Positions 1 through 10,219 of a stretch of 64,000 nucleotides of DNA are shown in pieces (position 1 is the first letter of the stretch; each line of letters begins with the position of its first letter). The stretch covers positions 17,509 to 81,508 of the forward strand of contig CAMIWC010000004.1 of assembly GCA_946402315.1 (NCBI GenBank). Direction: 5' to 3'. The translations under genes and the position numbers were made by a program. Below the pieces are notes generated by a model. It was not told the origin of the DNA and searched no databases. It saw only the letters and a program-made list of their open reading frames with translations. Origin of the DNA: an uncultured Clostridium sp. (GTDB lineage: Bacteria > Bacillota_I > Bacilli_A > RF39 > UBA660).

Positions 1-1
1 A

Positions 2-673
2 GGTTTCGGAATGAAAAAAGGAGTAGTTAAAGCTACTGGATACCCTAGAATGGATTGCTTTTTTGATAAGAAATATGTTGATGGTATAAAAAACGATTTC
101 TATAAGGAATATCCAGAACTTAAAAATAAAAAGATTATATTATTTGCACCTACTTATAGAGGTGTTAGTTTGCCTAAAGCAACTTATGATTTTGATAAGT
201 TGGATTTAGATAAGTTATATAAAGAACTTCATAAAGAATATGCCTTTATTATTAAATGGCATCCAGCTGTTTATAATAATATTCAAAGAGGATTAATTAC
301 AGGTTATGATTTATCTAAATATAAAGATTTCTTTTATGATTTTTCTAATTATAGAGATATTAATAATTTATTACTTGTTTGTGATAGTATGATAACTGAT
401 TATTCATCAGTAATATTTGATTATGTATTACTTAATAAACCAGTGTATTACTTTGCTTATGATTTAGAATTATATGAGGAAGATAGAGGCTTATATTATC
501 CATTTAAAGATTATGTTTATGGAAGTGTATCTAAGAATACTAATGAGTTAATTAAGGATATTAAAGAAGCTAAAATGATGAATAAAGAAAGAAAAAAATT
601 TATGGATACATTTATGATATCTTGTGATGGTAATTCTACCAAAAAAACATTTGATTTTATATTTAAAGAATAA
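2..673 (+). CDS. TagF/TarL-family CDP-alditol phosphotransferase, C-terminal fragment (5' end outside the window)
   Basis: The frame is open from nt 2. Motifs ILFAPTYRG, KWHP and ITDYSSVIFDY are shared with the paralogs at 9079 and 10220 and with the C-terminus of the 876-aa protein. Confidence 0.8.
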   Translation, partial: GFGMKKGVVKATGYPRMDCFFDKKYVDGIKNDFYKEYPELKNKKIILFAPTYRGVSLPKATYDFDKLDLDKLYKELHKEYAFIIKWHPAVYNNIQRGLITGYDLSKYKDFFYDFSNYRDINNLLLVCDSMITDYSSVIFDYVLLNKPVYYFAYDLELYEEDRGLYYPFKDYVYGSVSKNTNELIKDIKEAKMMNKERKKFMDTFMISCDGNSTKKTFDFIFKE

Positions 674-772
674 TCTGATTTTATCAGATTTTTTTTATAA
701 ATATGCCTGTTTTCTTGATATAGATGTCCATTTTTTGTTATACTATTTTTAGAGGATTCGGAGGTAAATAAT

Positions 773-1483
773 ATGATATATGCAGAAATTTTAGCGGGTG
801 GTAAAGGAACTCGTATGGGTAATACCGAAATGCCTAAACAATATTTAATGTTAGGAACTAAACCTATCATTATACATACAATTGAACAATTTATTATGAG
901 TTCAAGATTTAGTAAGGTAATTGTTGCTTGTCCTAAAGACTATGTACCATATACTAAAGACTTATTAGATAAATATATTCCTAATCATGGGGTAGAAGTT
1001 ATTGAAGGTGGTTCTACACGTAATGAAACTATTATGAATGGGTGTCGTTTTATTGAGGAAACTTATGGATTAAATGATGACGATGTAATAGTAACTCATG
1101 ATGCGGTTAGACCATTTATTACACCAAGAATTATTGATGATAATATTGATGCGGTTAAAGTATGTGATGCAGTAGATACAGTAGTACCTGCTACTGATAC
1201 AATTGTTGAAAGTAAAGATGGAGAATATATTTCATCTATACCTAATCGTGCTTATTTAAATCAAGGACAAACTCCACAAAGTTTTAATATTAAGAAACTT
1301 ATGAAAGTATATGGAGATTTAACTGAAGAAGAAAAAGATATTTTAACAGATGCTTGTAAGATTTTTACTATAAAGAAGAAGAAAGTTAAAATAGTTAGAG
1401 GAGAGACTTATAACATTAAGATAACTGATATTCATGATTTAAAGATTGCTAATGCTATCTTAATGGAAAGAGGTAACAAATAA
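773..1483 (+). CDS. tarI: Ribitol-5-phosphate cytidylyltransferase (CDP-ribitol synthesis)
   Basis: N-terminal AEILAGGKGTRMG...PKQYL nucleotidyltransferase motif. The protein aligns along its full length with my memory of S. aureus TarI (VTHDAVRPF, QGQTPQSFNI, YNIKIT). Its stop overlaps the start of tarJ. Confidence 0.9.
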   Translation: MIYAEILAGGKGTRMGNTEMPKQYLMLGTKPIIIHTIEQFIMSSRFSKVIVACPKDYVPYTKDLLDKYIPNHGVEVIEGGSTRNETIMNGCRFIEETYGLNDDDVIVTHDAVRPFITPRIIDDNIDAVKVCDAVDTVVPATDTIVESKDGEYISSIPNRAYLNQGQTPQSFNIKKLMKVYGDLTEEEKDILTDACKIFTIKKKKVKIVRGETYNIKITDIHDLKIANAILMERGNK

Positions 1484-2502
1484 TGATTAGTCAAACTTAT
1501 AGATTGTTTTCTCCTCAACAAATAAGAGTTGACTTAGTAGATGAACAAGTAGGTGAAGATGAGGTTGTTATTAGACCAACTTATCTATCTATTTGTGCAG
1601 CTGATAAAAGATATTACTATGGAAGAAGAGCTAAAGAAGTATTACAACAAAAACTACCTATGGCTCTAATTCATGAAGGTGTAGGAGAAGTTATTTATGA
1701 TCCATCTGGTACTTATTCTGTTGGAACAAAGGTTGTAATGATTCCAAATACACCTGTAGAACATGATGATGTTATTAAAGAAAATTATTTAAGAAGTAGT
1801 AAGTTTAAATCTAGTGGATATGACGGATTTATGAGAAGTTTTGTTGTAATGAAAAAAGATAGAGTAATCCCATATCATAGTATTGATGATAGAACTGCAG
1901 TACTTCTTGAATTAATGAGTGTTGCTATGAATGCATTAGAACATTTTACTCATTATAGTCACATGAAAAAACAAACAATTGGTGTTTGGGGATGTGGAAG
2001 TGTAGGATTTGTAACAGCACTAGTTTTAAAATATACATTCCCTAATGCTAAAGTAGTAGTAGTTGGTACTCGTATAGAAAAACTAAATTATTTTGGTTTT
2101 GCTGATGAAACTTATTTAACTACTGATTTACCAGAAAACTTTTCTGTAGATCATGCTTTTGAATGTGTTGGTGGTACTAATGCTGAAAGTGCTATTAATC
2201 AAATAATAGATGTAATTAATCCCGAAGGAACAATAGGGCTTATGGGAGTATCTGAAAATAATGTACCTTTAAATACAAGAATGATTCTTGAAAAAGGATT
2301 AACTGTTATTGGTAATAGTAGAAGTGGTTACGAAGATTTTGCTGCTGCTATAGATTTCTTAGAGAAATTTGATACTGCTGATGAATATCTTAATACTATT
2401 ATTTCTGATGAAATAGATGTTAAAGGACTTAAAGATATTACAGAAGCATTTAATAGAGATAACAATAATGAATTTAAAACAATTATGAAATGGAATATCT
2501 AA
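1483..2502 (+). CDS. tarJ: Ribulose-5-phosphate reductase (zinc alcohol-dehydrogenase family)
   Basis: Motifs SICAADKRYY, LIHEGVGEV, KVVMIPNTP and HAFECVGG match TarJ as I remember it. The gene is translationally coupled to tarI (ATGA overlap at 1480-1483). Confidence 0.85.
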   Translation: MISQTYRLFSPQQIRVDLVDEQVGEDEVVIRPTYLSICAADKRYYYGRRAKEVLQQKLPMALIHEGVGEVIYDPSGTYSVGTKVVMIPNTPVEHDDVIKENYLRSSKFKSSGYDGFMRSFVVMKKDRVIPYHSIDDRTAVLLELMSVAMNALEHFTHYSHMKKQTIGVWGCGSVGFVTALVLKYTFPNAKVVVVGTRIEKLNYFGFADETYLTTDLPENFSVDHAFECVGGTNAESAINQIIDVINPEGTIGLMGVSENNVPLNTRMILEKGLTVIGNSRSGYEDFAAAIDFLEKFDTADEYLNTIISDEIDVKGLKDITEAFNRDNNNEFKTIMKWNI

Positions 2503-2539
2503 AAGAATAAAAAGGCTAATTTATAAAGGAGGAATTGTT

Positions 2540-5170
2540 ATGGACAAATATAAATACAAAATATCGGTTATAATTCCGATTTATAAAGTAGAGGAATATA
2601 TAGAAGAAACAATTAAAAGTGTTATTAACCAAACTATAGGATTTGAAAAAAATATACAATTAATATTAGTAAATGATGGCTCACCAGATAACAGTGAAGC
2701 CATTTGTTTAAAATATAAAGAATTATATCCAAATAATATTATTTATATTAAGAAAGAAAATGGAGGAGTATCTTCTGCTAGAAATGAAGGATTAAAACGT
2801 GTAGAAGGTGAGTTCACTACTATGCTAGATAGCGATGATTTATGGACCCCTAATTCCTTTAAAGAGATATATGAGGCAATTATAAATAATCCTACAGTAA
2901 ATGTTTTTAGTTGTAAAATGATTTTCTTTGATGGAGAAAAAGGCAATCATCCATTAAATTATAAATATAAAGAAGATAAAGTAGTTGATATCTTAAAAGA
3001 TTATGATTATCCTCAATTAAGCACATGCTGTGCATTTGTAAGATCAAGTGTTTATGCTGGTCATAGATTTGATGAAACAGTTAAATTTGGTGAAGATAAT
3101 AAACTTATAAATGAAATAATATTAAATGAAGGTAAATATATGGTTTTGAAGAAACCTACATATTTATATAGAAAAAGACAAAATGGTTTATCAGCTATTC
3201 AATCTTGTTCTTTAAAAGATGATTGGTATTTTGTAACACCTAAAGTAGATGAATACTTATTTAATTTATCAAAAGAAATATATGGTAAAGTAATTAAGTA
3301 TATTCAAAATTTAGTTTGTTATGAATTAGTATGGCGTGTTCCTTTAAATAAAAAATACGATATGAAGGGACGTCACAAAGAATATATTAAAATTATTGAT
3401 AATCTTGTTAATGATATAGATGAAGATGTCATTATTAATAGTAGATTAATGCCTTTTGATAGATGTATATATCTATTAAGTAAAAAGGACAAGAATATCT
3501 ATGACAAAATATCCTTTGAAGGGGATAAAGTATTAATAGATGGAGTAAAATATAAAGATAATAAGACTAATATTTTGGTAATAGATCAAATATATGTAAG
3601 AAAAAATAAGATATATTTTTATGGAACACTTGATTTAAATATTATTAAGAAAAAAGATTTCAAAGTATTAGTTAATAACAAAGAATTAGATATAAATTAT
3701 TATGAACTACTTGATACACTTAATGTAACTGCATATGATGGAAAGGGTATTCATAATTATGTGGGAGTATCTTTTATAGTTAATGCTGATGAAAAATGGA
3801 ATTTAAAGTTTGTATTTAAAGATAAAACAATTACTCCTAACTTTAACTTTGGTACTTTCTTAAGTGAAGGAGTTCCAAAGACTTATCATACTATTAATAA
3901 GATGACTATTATCAAAAAAGATGGATTAATTATCAATCAAAGGAAGAATGTATTTAAATCAATATATTATGAGTTATGTAATGATTTCTATTTATTATCT
4001 AAAGGTAAGATAAAGAGTTGTATTATTAGAGTTGCGACTAAGTTCTTTCAAATATTTAAAAGAAGAGACTTATGGTTTATTTCTGATAGATTAAATAAAG
4101 CAGATGATAATGGTGAACATTTCTTTAAATATTTAGTAGAAAATCATAAGAATGAAAATGTTTATTATGTATTAAATAAAGGTAGTTCTGATTTTGAAAG
4201 ATTGTCTAAGATAGGAAAGGTTATAAACTATAAATCTTTAAAGTATAAATTAATGTTTGGAGCAGCTGATTATGTAGTTTCATCACATGCTGAAACCTAT
4301 GTATATAATCCTAGAGGATCGAGTGGTAAAGATTCACAAGATTTATATCATTTCAAATATATATTCCTTCAACATGGTATTACTCAAGCAGATTTATCTC
4401 CATGGTTGAATGTTAATTCTAAGAAAATGGATATGATTGTTGCTACTGCAAAACCAGAATATGAATCATTTTTAAAGTGTAAGTATTATTATGGTAAGGA
4501 TGTAGTTAAATTAACTGGAATGCCTAGATATGATGGTTTAAAAGAAAAACAAAAGAAGATTAAACCAGAGAAATCAATAATGCTTTCATTTACTTGGAGA
4601 AATAGTTTAGCTTTACCAATTAATATAACTACTGGTGAAAGAGAATATAGTAATGATTTTAAAAAATCTGATTATTATAAAATGCTTAATGGAATAATGA
4701 ATGATAAAAAATTATTAGAAGCTTTAAGAAAAAATAATTATAAGATTAGATTTATTCCACATCCTAATTTAAAGTGTCAACTATCAGACTTTAATAGTAA
4801 TGATTGTGTTGAAATAGTAGATGAAAACTTTAATTATCAAGATGAATTTTGTAAGAATAAAATTTTAGTAACAGATCAATCAAGTGTATTCTTTGATTTT
4901 GCTTACTTAGAGAAGCCAGTTGTATACTTCCGTTTTGACGAAGAAGAATTCTATAAAGGACAAGTATATGATAAAGGTTACTTCGACTATGATAAGGATG
5001 GATTTGGTCCAGTATATCGTGAATATGATAAGTTTATAGATGGACTAATAAAACTAGTTGAAAGTGATGGAAAACTTGATGATAAATATGCTAAAAGAAT
5101 AGATAAATTCTTTAAATATAAAGATCAAAAGAATTGTGAAAGAGTTTATAACGAGATAAAAAAAATATAA
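2540..5170 (+). CDS. Bifunctional GT2 glycosyltransferase / TagF-type CDP-alditol phosphotransferase (876 aa)
   Basis: The N-terminus (ISVIIPIYKVEEYIEETIKSVINQT, LVNDGSPD, DSDD) is a GT-A/GT2 fold. The C-terminal ~380 aa (LTGMPRYD, FIPHP, VTDQSSVFFDFAYLEKPVVYF) is a TagF-type domain. Confidence 0.85.
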   Translation: MDKYKYKISVIIPIYKVEEYIEETIKSVINQTIGFEKNIQLILVNDGSPDNSEAICLKYKELYPNNIIYIKKENGGVSSARNEGLKRVEGEFTTMLDSDDLWTPNSFKEIYEAIINNPTVNVFSCKMIFFDGEKGNHPLNYKYKEDKVVDILKDYDYPQLSTCCAFVRSSVYAGHRFDETVKFGEDNKLINEIILNEGKYMVLKKPTYLYRKRQNGLSAIQSCSLKDDWYFVTPKVDEYLFNLSKEIYGKVIKYIQNLVCYELVWRVPLNKKYDMKGRHKEYIKIIDNLVNDIDEDVIINSRLMPFDRCIYLLSKKDKNIYDKISFEGDKVLIDGVKYKDNKTNILVIDQIYVRKNKIYFYGTLDLNIIKKKDFKVLVNNKELDINYYELLDTLNVTAYDGKGIHNYVGVSFIVNADEKWNLKFVFKDKTITPNFNFGTFLSEGVPKTYHTINKMTIIKKDGLIINQRKNVFKSIYYELCNDFYLLSKGKIKSCIIRVATKFFQIFKRRDLWFISDRLNKADDNGEHFFKYLVENHKNENVYYVLNKGSSDFERLSKIGKVINYKSLKYKLMFGAADYVVSSHAETYVYNPRGSSGKDSQDLYHFKYIFLQHGITQADLSPWLNVNSKKMDMIVATAKPEYESFLKCKYYYGKDVVKLTGMPRYDGLKEKQKKIKPEKSIMLSFTWRNSLALPINITTGEREYSNDFKKSDYYKMLNGIMNDKKLLEALRKNNYKIRFIPHPNLKCQLSDFNSNDCVEIVDENFNYQDEFCKNKILVTDQSSVFFDFAYLEKPVVYFRFDEEEFYKGQVYDKGYFDYDKDGFGPVYREYDKFIDGLIKLVESDGKLDDKYAKRIDKFFKYKDQKNCERVYNEIKKI

Positions 5171-5189
5171 CAGGAAGAAGGAAAAATTT

Positions 5190-6341
5190 ATGAAAAAAAT
5201 GTATAAGTTATTTTATGTATTTTTATTTATATTACCATTTTTCCTTTTTTTAATGGTCCCATTTAGAGGTCAAAAAAGTATTTCTGTAGCTGAAGCTAGA
5301 ACATTACAAAAAATACCACATTTTTCTATTAAGAGTTTTGCTAAAGGAGACTATCAAGATCAATTAGAAAAAGCAATATCCGATCAATTAATTCTTTCTA
5401 GTAGAATGAAAAAAATTAATAATAGAATTAATGGTATTATGAATAGATTTGTTGTAGAAAAAGTTATTGATAATACTATAAAACCAAAAACAAAACAAAA
5501 AATGTATGTAAGTATATATGATGGATTTTATAAATATGGAGATTCTGATTACATTATTGAAAAACCAAAGAACAATAGTGATTATAATTATAGTTATAAA
5601 AGTGCTTTCTTTAATAATATTAAAGGAAATAAATACATCTATTTTATTGAAAAAGATAGAAGTGTTGATTTTAATAACATTGAAGAAAAAGAATCTATTT
5701 ATAAGAATATAAAAAAGAATTATAATGCAGAACATTATGCAAGATTTGAAATTAATTCTTTTGATGATTATAAAAAGTATTTTTATCAAACAGATCATCA
5801 TTGGAATAAAGAAGGTCAATTAAAAGGATATCAAGAAATAGTTAAGTTCCTTTTAGGTGATGAAGAAGCAACATTAAAACCTATAAAAGAAGTAACTTAT
5901 GATGTTATCTTCTATGGTAGTTCTGATAGAAAAATGCAAACTAAATACTCTACTGAAAAATTTTCTGTTTATAAATATCCAGAATTAAAATATAAAGTTC
6001 ATATAAATGGAGAAGAAAAACCTTATTCATTTTTTAAAAAATATGATGATGGTTTAATAAATAAAAGTACTTATACTAATCATTATGCATATTATTACGG
6101 TGGAGATTTTGCTGAAGTAGTTTATGACTTTAATCAACCTAAAAAGAAAAATTTATTGGTATTATGTACAAGTTATTCTAACTCAATAAAAGATTTATTA
6201 GCTTCTCATTTTAATAAAACATATTATATAGATGTAAGACATTATCCCAATTTTGATCCTAATAAATATATTGATGAACATGATATAGATATGGTTCTTA
6301 TGATGGGAGATATTACGTCATTTACTGGAGGTGGAGAATAA
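5190..6341 (+). CDS. DHHW-motif protein (AlgJ/AlgX/PatB-like SGNH O-acyltransferase partner), N-terminally membrane anchored
   Basis: It has an N-terminal hydrophobic helix and a literal QTDHHWN motif. The gene sits immediately upstream of an MBOAT gene and is translationally coupled to it. Confidence 0.7.
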   Translation: MKKMYKLFYVFLFILPFFLFLMVPFRGQKSISVAEARTLQKIPHFSIKSFAKGDYQDQLEKAISDQLILSSRMKKINNRINGIMNRFVVEKVIDNTIKPKTKQKMYVSIYDGFYKYGDSDYIIEKPKNNSDYNYSYKSAFFNNIKGNKYIYFIEKDRSVDFNNIEEKESIYKNIKKNYNAEHYARFEINSFDDYKKYFYQTDHHWNKEGQLKGYQEIVKFLLGDEEATLKPIKEVTYDVIFYGSSDRKMQTKYSTEKFSVYKYPELKYKVHINGEEKPYSFFKKYDDGLINKSTYTNHYAYYYGGDFAEVVYDFNQPKKKNLLVLCTSYSNSIKDLLASHFNKTYYIDVRHYPNFDPNKYIDEHDIDMVLMMGDITSFTGGGE

Positions 6342-7741
6342 TGCTTTTTAGTAGTATGACTTTTATATTTGTTTTTCTACCTTTAGTGCTTTTACTATAT
6401 TTTATTTCTCCTAATATAAAGATAAAAAATACTATTTTATGTGTTTTCTCAATTATCTTTTATGCTTGGGGAGAACCAGTATATATTTTTTTAATGTTAT
6501 TTACTATTATTAGTAATTTTTTCTTAACATTAAAAATGGATAAAGCGAAAAAGAAAAATATAAGGAAAAATTATTTAAAGTTAATAATAGTTATAGATTT
6601 ATTAGTATTATTCTTCTTTAAATATTCTAATTTCTTAATAGATAATATTAATAATATCTTTAATATTAGTATTAAGTCTTTAAATTTAGCTTTACCTATA
6701 GGTATTAGTTTTTATACATTCCAAACATTATCTTATGTAATAGATGTATATAGAAAAGATACTAAGGTACAAAAGAATATTATTAATTTTGCTACTTATG
6801 TTAGTTTATTTCCTCAATTAGTAGCAGGACCAATTGTTAGATATCAAACAATTGCTGATGAACTAGAGAATAGAAAATCTACACTAGATGGAGTTATATC
6901 TGGTATTCAAAGATTTTCTATAGGTCTTGGTAAAAAGGTAATAATTGCTAATTCAGTAGCACTTGCTGCCGATACTATTTATAACAATATTAGTATTTAT
7001 GGAACAGGAATGTTATGGTTTGCAATTTTATGTTATACATTACAAATTTATTTTGATTTTTCTGGTTATAGTGATATGGCTATAGGACTTGGAAAAATAT
7101 TTGGATTTAATTTCTTAGAAAACTTTAATTATCCATATATATCTGATTCTATTACTGAATTTTGGAGAAGATGGCATATGTCTTTATCATCTTGGTTCAA
7201 AGATTATGTTTATATTCCTTTAGGTGGTAATAGAGTGTCTAAAGCTAAATGGTATCGTAATATATTTATTGTATGGTTGTTAACAGGTTTATGGCATGGA
7301 GCCAACTGGAACTATATTATGTGGGGATTATATTATGGAGTAATTCTTGTTATAGAAAAACAATTCTTATTAAACTTCTTAGAAAAATTACCTAAATTAA
7401 TAAGGCATTTATATTCAATTTTCTTATTTATGTTAGGATGGACTATATTTAGACTTGAGAATACTAATGATTTGCTTTATGCGCTTAAAAATATGTTTGT
7501 ATTAAAAAAACAAAATGTATTTGAAACGCTACTTGGAAATATTAATATTTTACAAGCAGTACCATATGTAATAATTGGTATTATTCTAAGTACTCCTATA
7601 ATTAGAGCAATAAATAATAGATTTAGAAATAATAAAATATATACATTTATATTTGATATGGCAGTATATGGAATATTCTTATTATCTATTGTTAAATTAA
7701 TAGGTAGTACATATAATCCATTTATATATTTTAGATTTTAA
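6341..7741 (+). CDS. MBOAT-family membrane O-acyltransferase (AlgI/DltB/PatA-like)
   Basis: This is a polytopic protein with the motifs FYTFQTLSYVIDVY, FDFSGYSDMAIG, FWRRWHMSLSSW and the conserved MBOAT histidine context in LWHGANW. Confidence 0.85.
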   Translation: MLFSSMTFIFVFLPLVLLLYFISPNIKIKNTILCVFSIIFYAWGEPVYIFLMLFTIISNFFLTLKMDKAKKKNIRKNYLKLIIVIDLLVLFFFKYSNFLIDNINNIFNISIKSLNLALPIGISFYTFQTLSYVIDVYRKDTKVQKNIINFATYVSLFPQLVAGPIVRYQTIADELENRKSTLDGVISGIQRFSIGLGKKVIIANSVALAADTIYNNISIYGTGMLWFAILCYTLQIYFDFSGYSDMAIGLGKIFGFNFLENFNYPYISDSITEFWRRWHMSLSSWFKDYVYIPLGGNRVSKAKWYRNIFIVWLLTGLWHGANWNYIMWGLYYGVILVIEKQFLLNFLEKLPKLIRHLYSIFLFMLGWTIFRLENTNDLLYALKNMFVLKKQNVFETLLGNINILQAVPYVIIGIILSTPIIRAINNRFRNNKIYTFIFDMAVYGIFLLSIVKLIGSTYNPFIYFRF

Positions 7742-7754
7742 GTAGGTGAATAAT

Positions 7755-9068
7755 ATGAAATATGATTTTAGTTTTATAGTTCCTGTTTATAATGCAGAAA
7801 AGTATTTAAGAAGAACTGTTAAATCTATTCTTGATCAAGATTATGATACTAATAAAATAGAAATTATTTTGATTAATGATGGTTCAACTGATAATAGTTT
7901 AAAAATATGTAATAGTTTTAAACGTGATAATATTGTTGTTCTTGATCAAAAAAATGGTGGAGTATCTAATGCTCGTAACAATGGATTAAAACATGCTAGA
8001 GGTAAAATTATTACTTTCTTAGATTCTGATGATTTTATATCAAATAATCTTTGTAAGGAAGTATATAAAATGTTTCATGAAAATGATATCGATGTTGTTA
8101 CATATCCTCTTGTTAACTATAATCGTTATAAAACTAAAATGCATTTTAGATATGCTTCATTGTATGAAGATAAAGATAAAGTATATGATATTAATAAATA
8201 TCCTGAGATTATCCAAACTACAATTAATATATCTTTTATAAATAGATTTAATGAAAATGAATTATTTAATGAAAAGATAATTCGTGGTGAAGATGAAGAC
8301 TATGCAACTAGATGTATAATGCATAAAAGAAAAATTGGTTACTTACCTGATGTAAAATATTATTATCGTAAGAATAATAATAGTAGTGCAACAAAGACAT
8401 ATAAAGTAACTGAAAAAGAATTTAATACATATACAAACTATTATTTAGACTTATTAAAAAAATATAAAAATGTTTTGTATATAAAGAATATGTTTTTAAA
8501 TACTTTAAGGTGGCGAATAGATGAAAACAAATTAGTTCCTTCTAATGATAAAAAGTATTTTATAAAATTAGAAAAACTTCTTTCATATATAAATATAGAA
8601 GATATTTTGAGTTTATCATTCTTAAGTATATCTCTTAGATTAGCGGTCCTTGAATTAAAAAAGGTTAAATATACTATTTTATATGAAGATAAAATATATA
8701 TAAAAATTGCTAATAAAAAATATGATATTAATAAAGAAGTTGAGTATACTATTAGAAATGTTAAAAAGAAACCAAAAGGGTATCTTATTACAGGATTAAC
8801 TGATTTACCTATAGATTGTTCAAAAATAAAGTACAAAGACAATAAAAAATATGATTATTTTGATACTCCTATATATAATTTTAGTTATGAAAGTAAAAAT
8901 AATGTTTTTGATATTACTGATATAAAATATAAAATAAAAATAGTTCAAAGAATTAGAGTAAAAGAATTATTTTATGAAATTAATATAGATAATAAAAAAG
9001 CTAAAATTAATAGAAAAGGTATATTGTTTACTTCTAAAAAAGCATTTAAAATATTAATTAGGAAGTGA
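7755..9068 (+). CDS. GT2-family glycosyltransferase
   Basis: Motifs FSFIVPVYNAEKYL, LINDGSTDNS and LDSDD are present. I prefer the ATG at 7755 (AGGTG SD at 7744-7748) over the GTG at 7746 used in the ORF track. Confidence 0.8.
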   Translation: MKYDFSFIVPVYNAEKYLRRTVKSILDQDYDTNKIEIILINDGSTDNSLKICNSFKRDNIVVLDQKNGGVSNARNNGLKHARGKIITFLDSDDFISNNLCKEVYKMFHENDIDVVTYPLVNYNRYKTKMHFRYASLYEDKDKVYDINKYPEIIQTTINISFINRFNENELFNEKIIRGEDEDYATRCIMHKRKIGYLPDVKYYYRKNNNSSATKTYKVTEKEFNTYTNYYLDLLKKYKNVLYIKNMFLNTLRWRIDENKLVPSNDKKYFIKLEKLLSYINIEDILSLSFLSISLRLAVLELKKVKYTILYEDKIYIKIANKKYDINKEVEYTIRNVKKKPKGYLITGLTDLPIDCSKIKYKDNKKYDYFDTPIYNFSYESKNNVFDITDIKYKIKIVQRIRVKELFYEINIDNKKAKINRKGILFTSKKAFKILIRK

Positions 9069-9078
9069 TGGTTGAATT

Positions 9079-10215
9079 ATGAAAAATACTATTAAAAAGA
9101 TTTTACAAAAACTAAGAAGATTGGATTATATAGTTCTATATAAACATTACTGTCGTAAGTGTAAATTAAATGAGAATAATGTTTTATTCCTATCTTCATC
9201 TAGAGATACTCTTTCTGGTAATTCTTACTTTGTTTATGAAGAAATAAAGAAGAGAAAGAAATATCATATTGAGACAATGTTAAAGAAGAGTTTAAATAAT
9301 AAATATTCTTTCGCAGAAAAGAAAAGAATGACTAAGTTAATAGCGTCTTCTAAGTATGTATTTATAGATGATTTTTATCCAATTATATATGCTTTAAAAC
9401 TTAGAAAAGGTACTGAACTAATTCAATTATGGCATGCGATGGGTGCTTATAAAAAAGTTGGATATAGTAGGAATGCTAATCCTAAATCTTATACATTAAC
9501 TCATCGTAACTATACTGGTGCGATTGTTAGTAGTGAACAAATCAGAAAGAACTATGCTGAAGCATTTGGAATAGATATTTCTAAAGTACAAGCTTTAGGG
9601 GTACCAAGAACTGATATTTTCTTTGATAAAAAGTACAAAGAAGAGATAAAAAAATCTTTATATAAGAAATATCCTGTTTTAAAGAATAAAAAGATAATAT
9701 TGTTTGCTCCTACATTTAGAGGTAATAATATTAATGATGGATACTATGATTTCTCTAAATTTGATTTTGAAGACTTTAGTAAACAATTATCTAAAGATTA
9801 TATTTGTATATATAAGATGCATCCATTTATAAATAATCATCCTGATTATGATATAAAGAAAGATAAATTCTATCTTGATTTAACAAGTGAAAGAGAAGTA
9901 AATAATCTATTGTTTATTACAGATGTTTTATTAACAGATTACTCATCTGTAATATTTGAATATTCTTTCTTTAAAAAACCAGTAGTATTCTTTATGCCTG
10001 ATTTAGAAGATTATAAGAATAGTAGAGATTTCTTCTATCCATTGGATAATTATACTTATGGACCAATAGTAACTGATTATAAAGATTTAGTTAATACTAT
10101 TAAAGAAGAAAAGATAGATCTTAAGAAAATAGAAAAATTTGATAATTTTTTCTGTTCTGCATGTGATGGTAAATCTACTAAGAGAGTAGTAGACTACTAT
10201 TTGAAAGGAAGATAA
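9079..10215 (+). CDS. TagF/TarF-family CDP-glycerol glycerophosphotransferase
   Basis: Motifs QLWHAMGAYKKVGY, ILFAPTFRG, KMHP and LTDYSSVIFEY are present. It is a paralog of the fragment at 2-673. Confidence 0.85.
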   Translation: MKNTIKKILQKLRRLDYIVLYKHYCRKCKLNENNVLFLSSSRDTLSGNSYFVYEEIKKRKKYHIETMLKKSLNNKYSFAEKKRMTKLIASSKYVFIDDFYPIIYALKLRKGTELIQLWHAMGAYKKVGYSRNANPKSYTLTHRNYTGAIVSSEQIRKNYAEAFGIDISKVQALGVPRTDIFFDKKYKEEIKKSLYKKYPVLKNKKIILFAPTFRGNNINDGYYDFSKFDFEDFSKQLSKDYICIYKMHPFINNHPDYDIKKDKFYLDLTSEREVNNLLFITDVLLTDYSSVIFEYSFFKKPVVFFMPDLEDYKNSRDFFYPLDNYTYGPIVTDYKDLVNTIKEEKIDLKKIEKFDNFFCSACDGKSTKRVVDYYLKGR

Positions 10216-10219
10216 GAAT

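Noticed and set aside
517-870. Antisense and alternative-frame ORFs in the six-frame track. Examples are 517-870(-), 2743-2946(-), 5388-5819(-), 5518-5712(+), 8029-8241(+), 8441-8842(-), 11616-11828(-), 13942-14202(-), 15622-15846(-), 17276-17464(-), 17304-17561(+), 21112-21405(-), 30027-30251(-), 40612-40836(-), 44915-45801(-), 51150-51347(-), 52154-52504(-), 52812-53096(-), 55523-55729(-), 61343-61600(+), 62924-63247(-), 63290-63955(-).
   Set aside because: Each lies wholly inside, or is opposed to, a much longer ORF with recognisable homology and a good SD. Their products are low-complexity I/F/L/K/N-rich strings, as expected from reading AT-rich coding DNA out of frame. None has a convincing ribosome-binding site.
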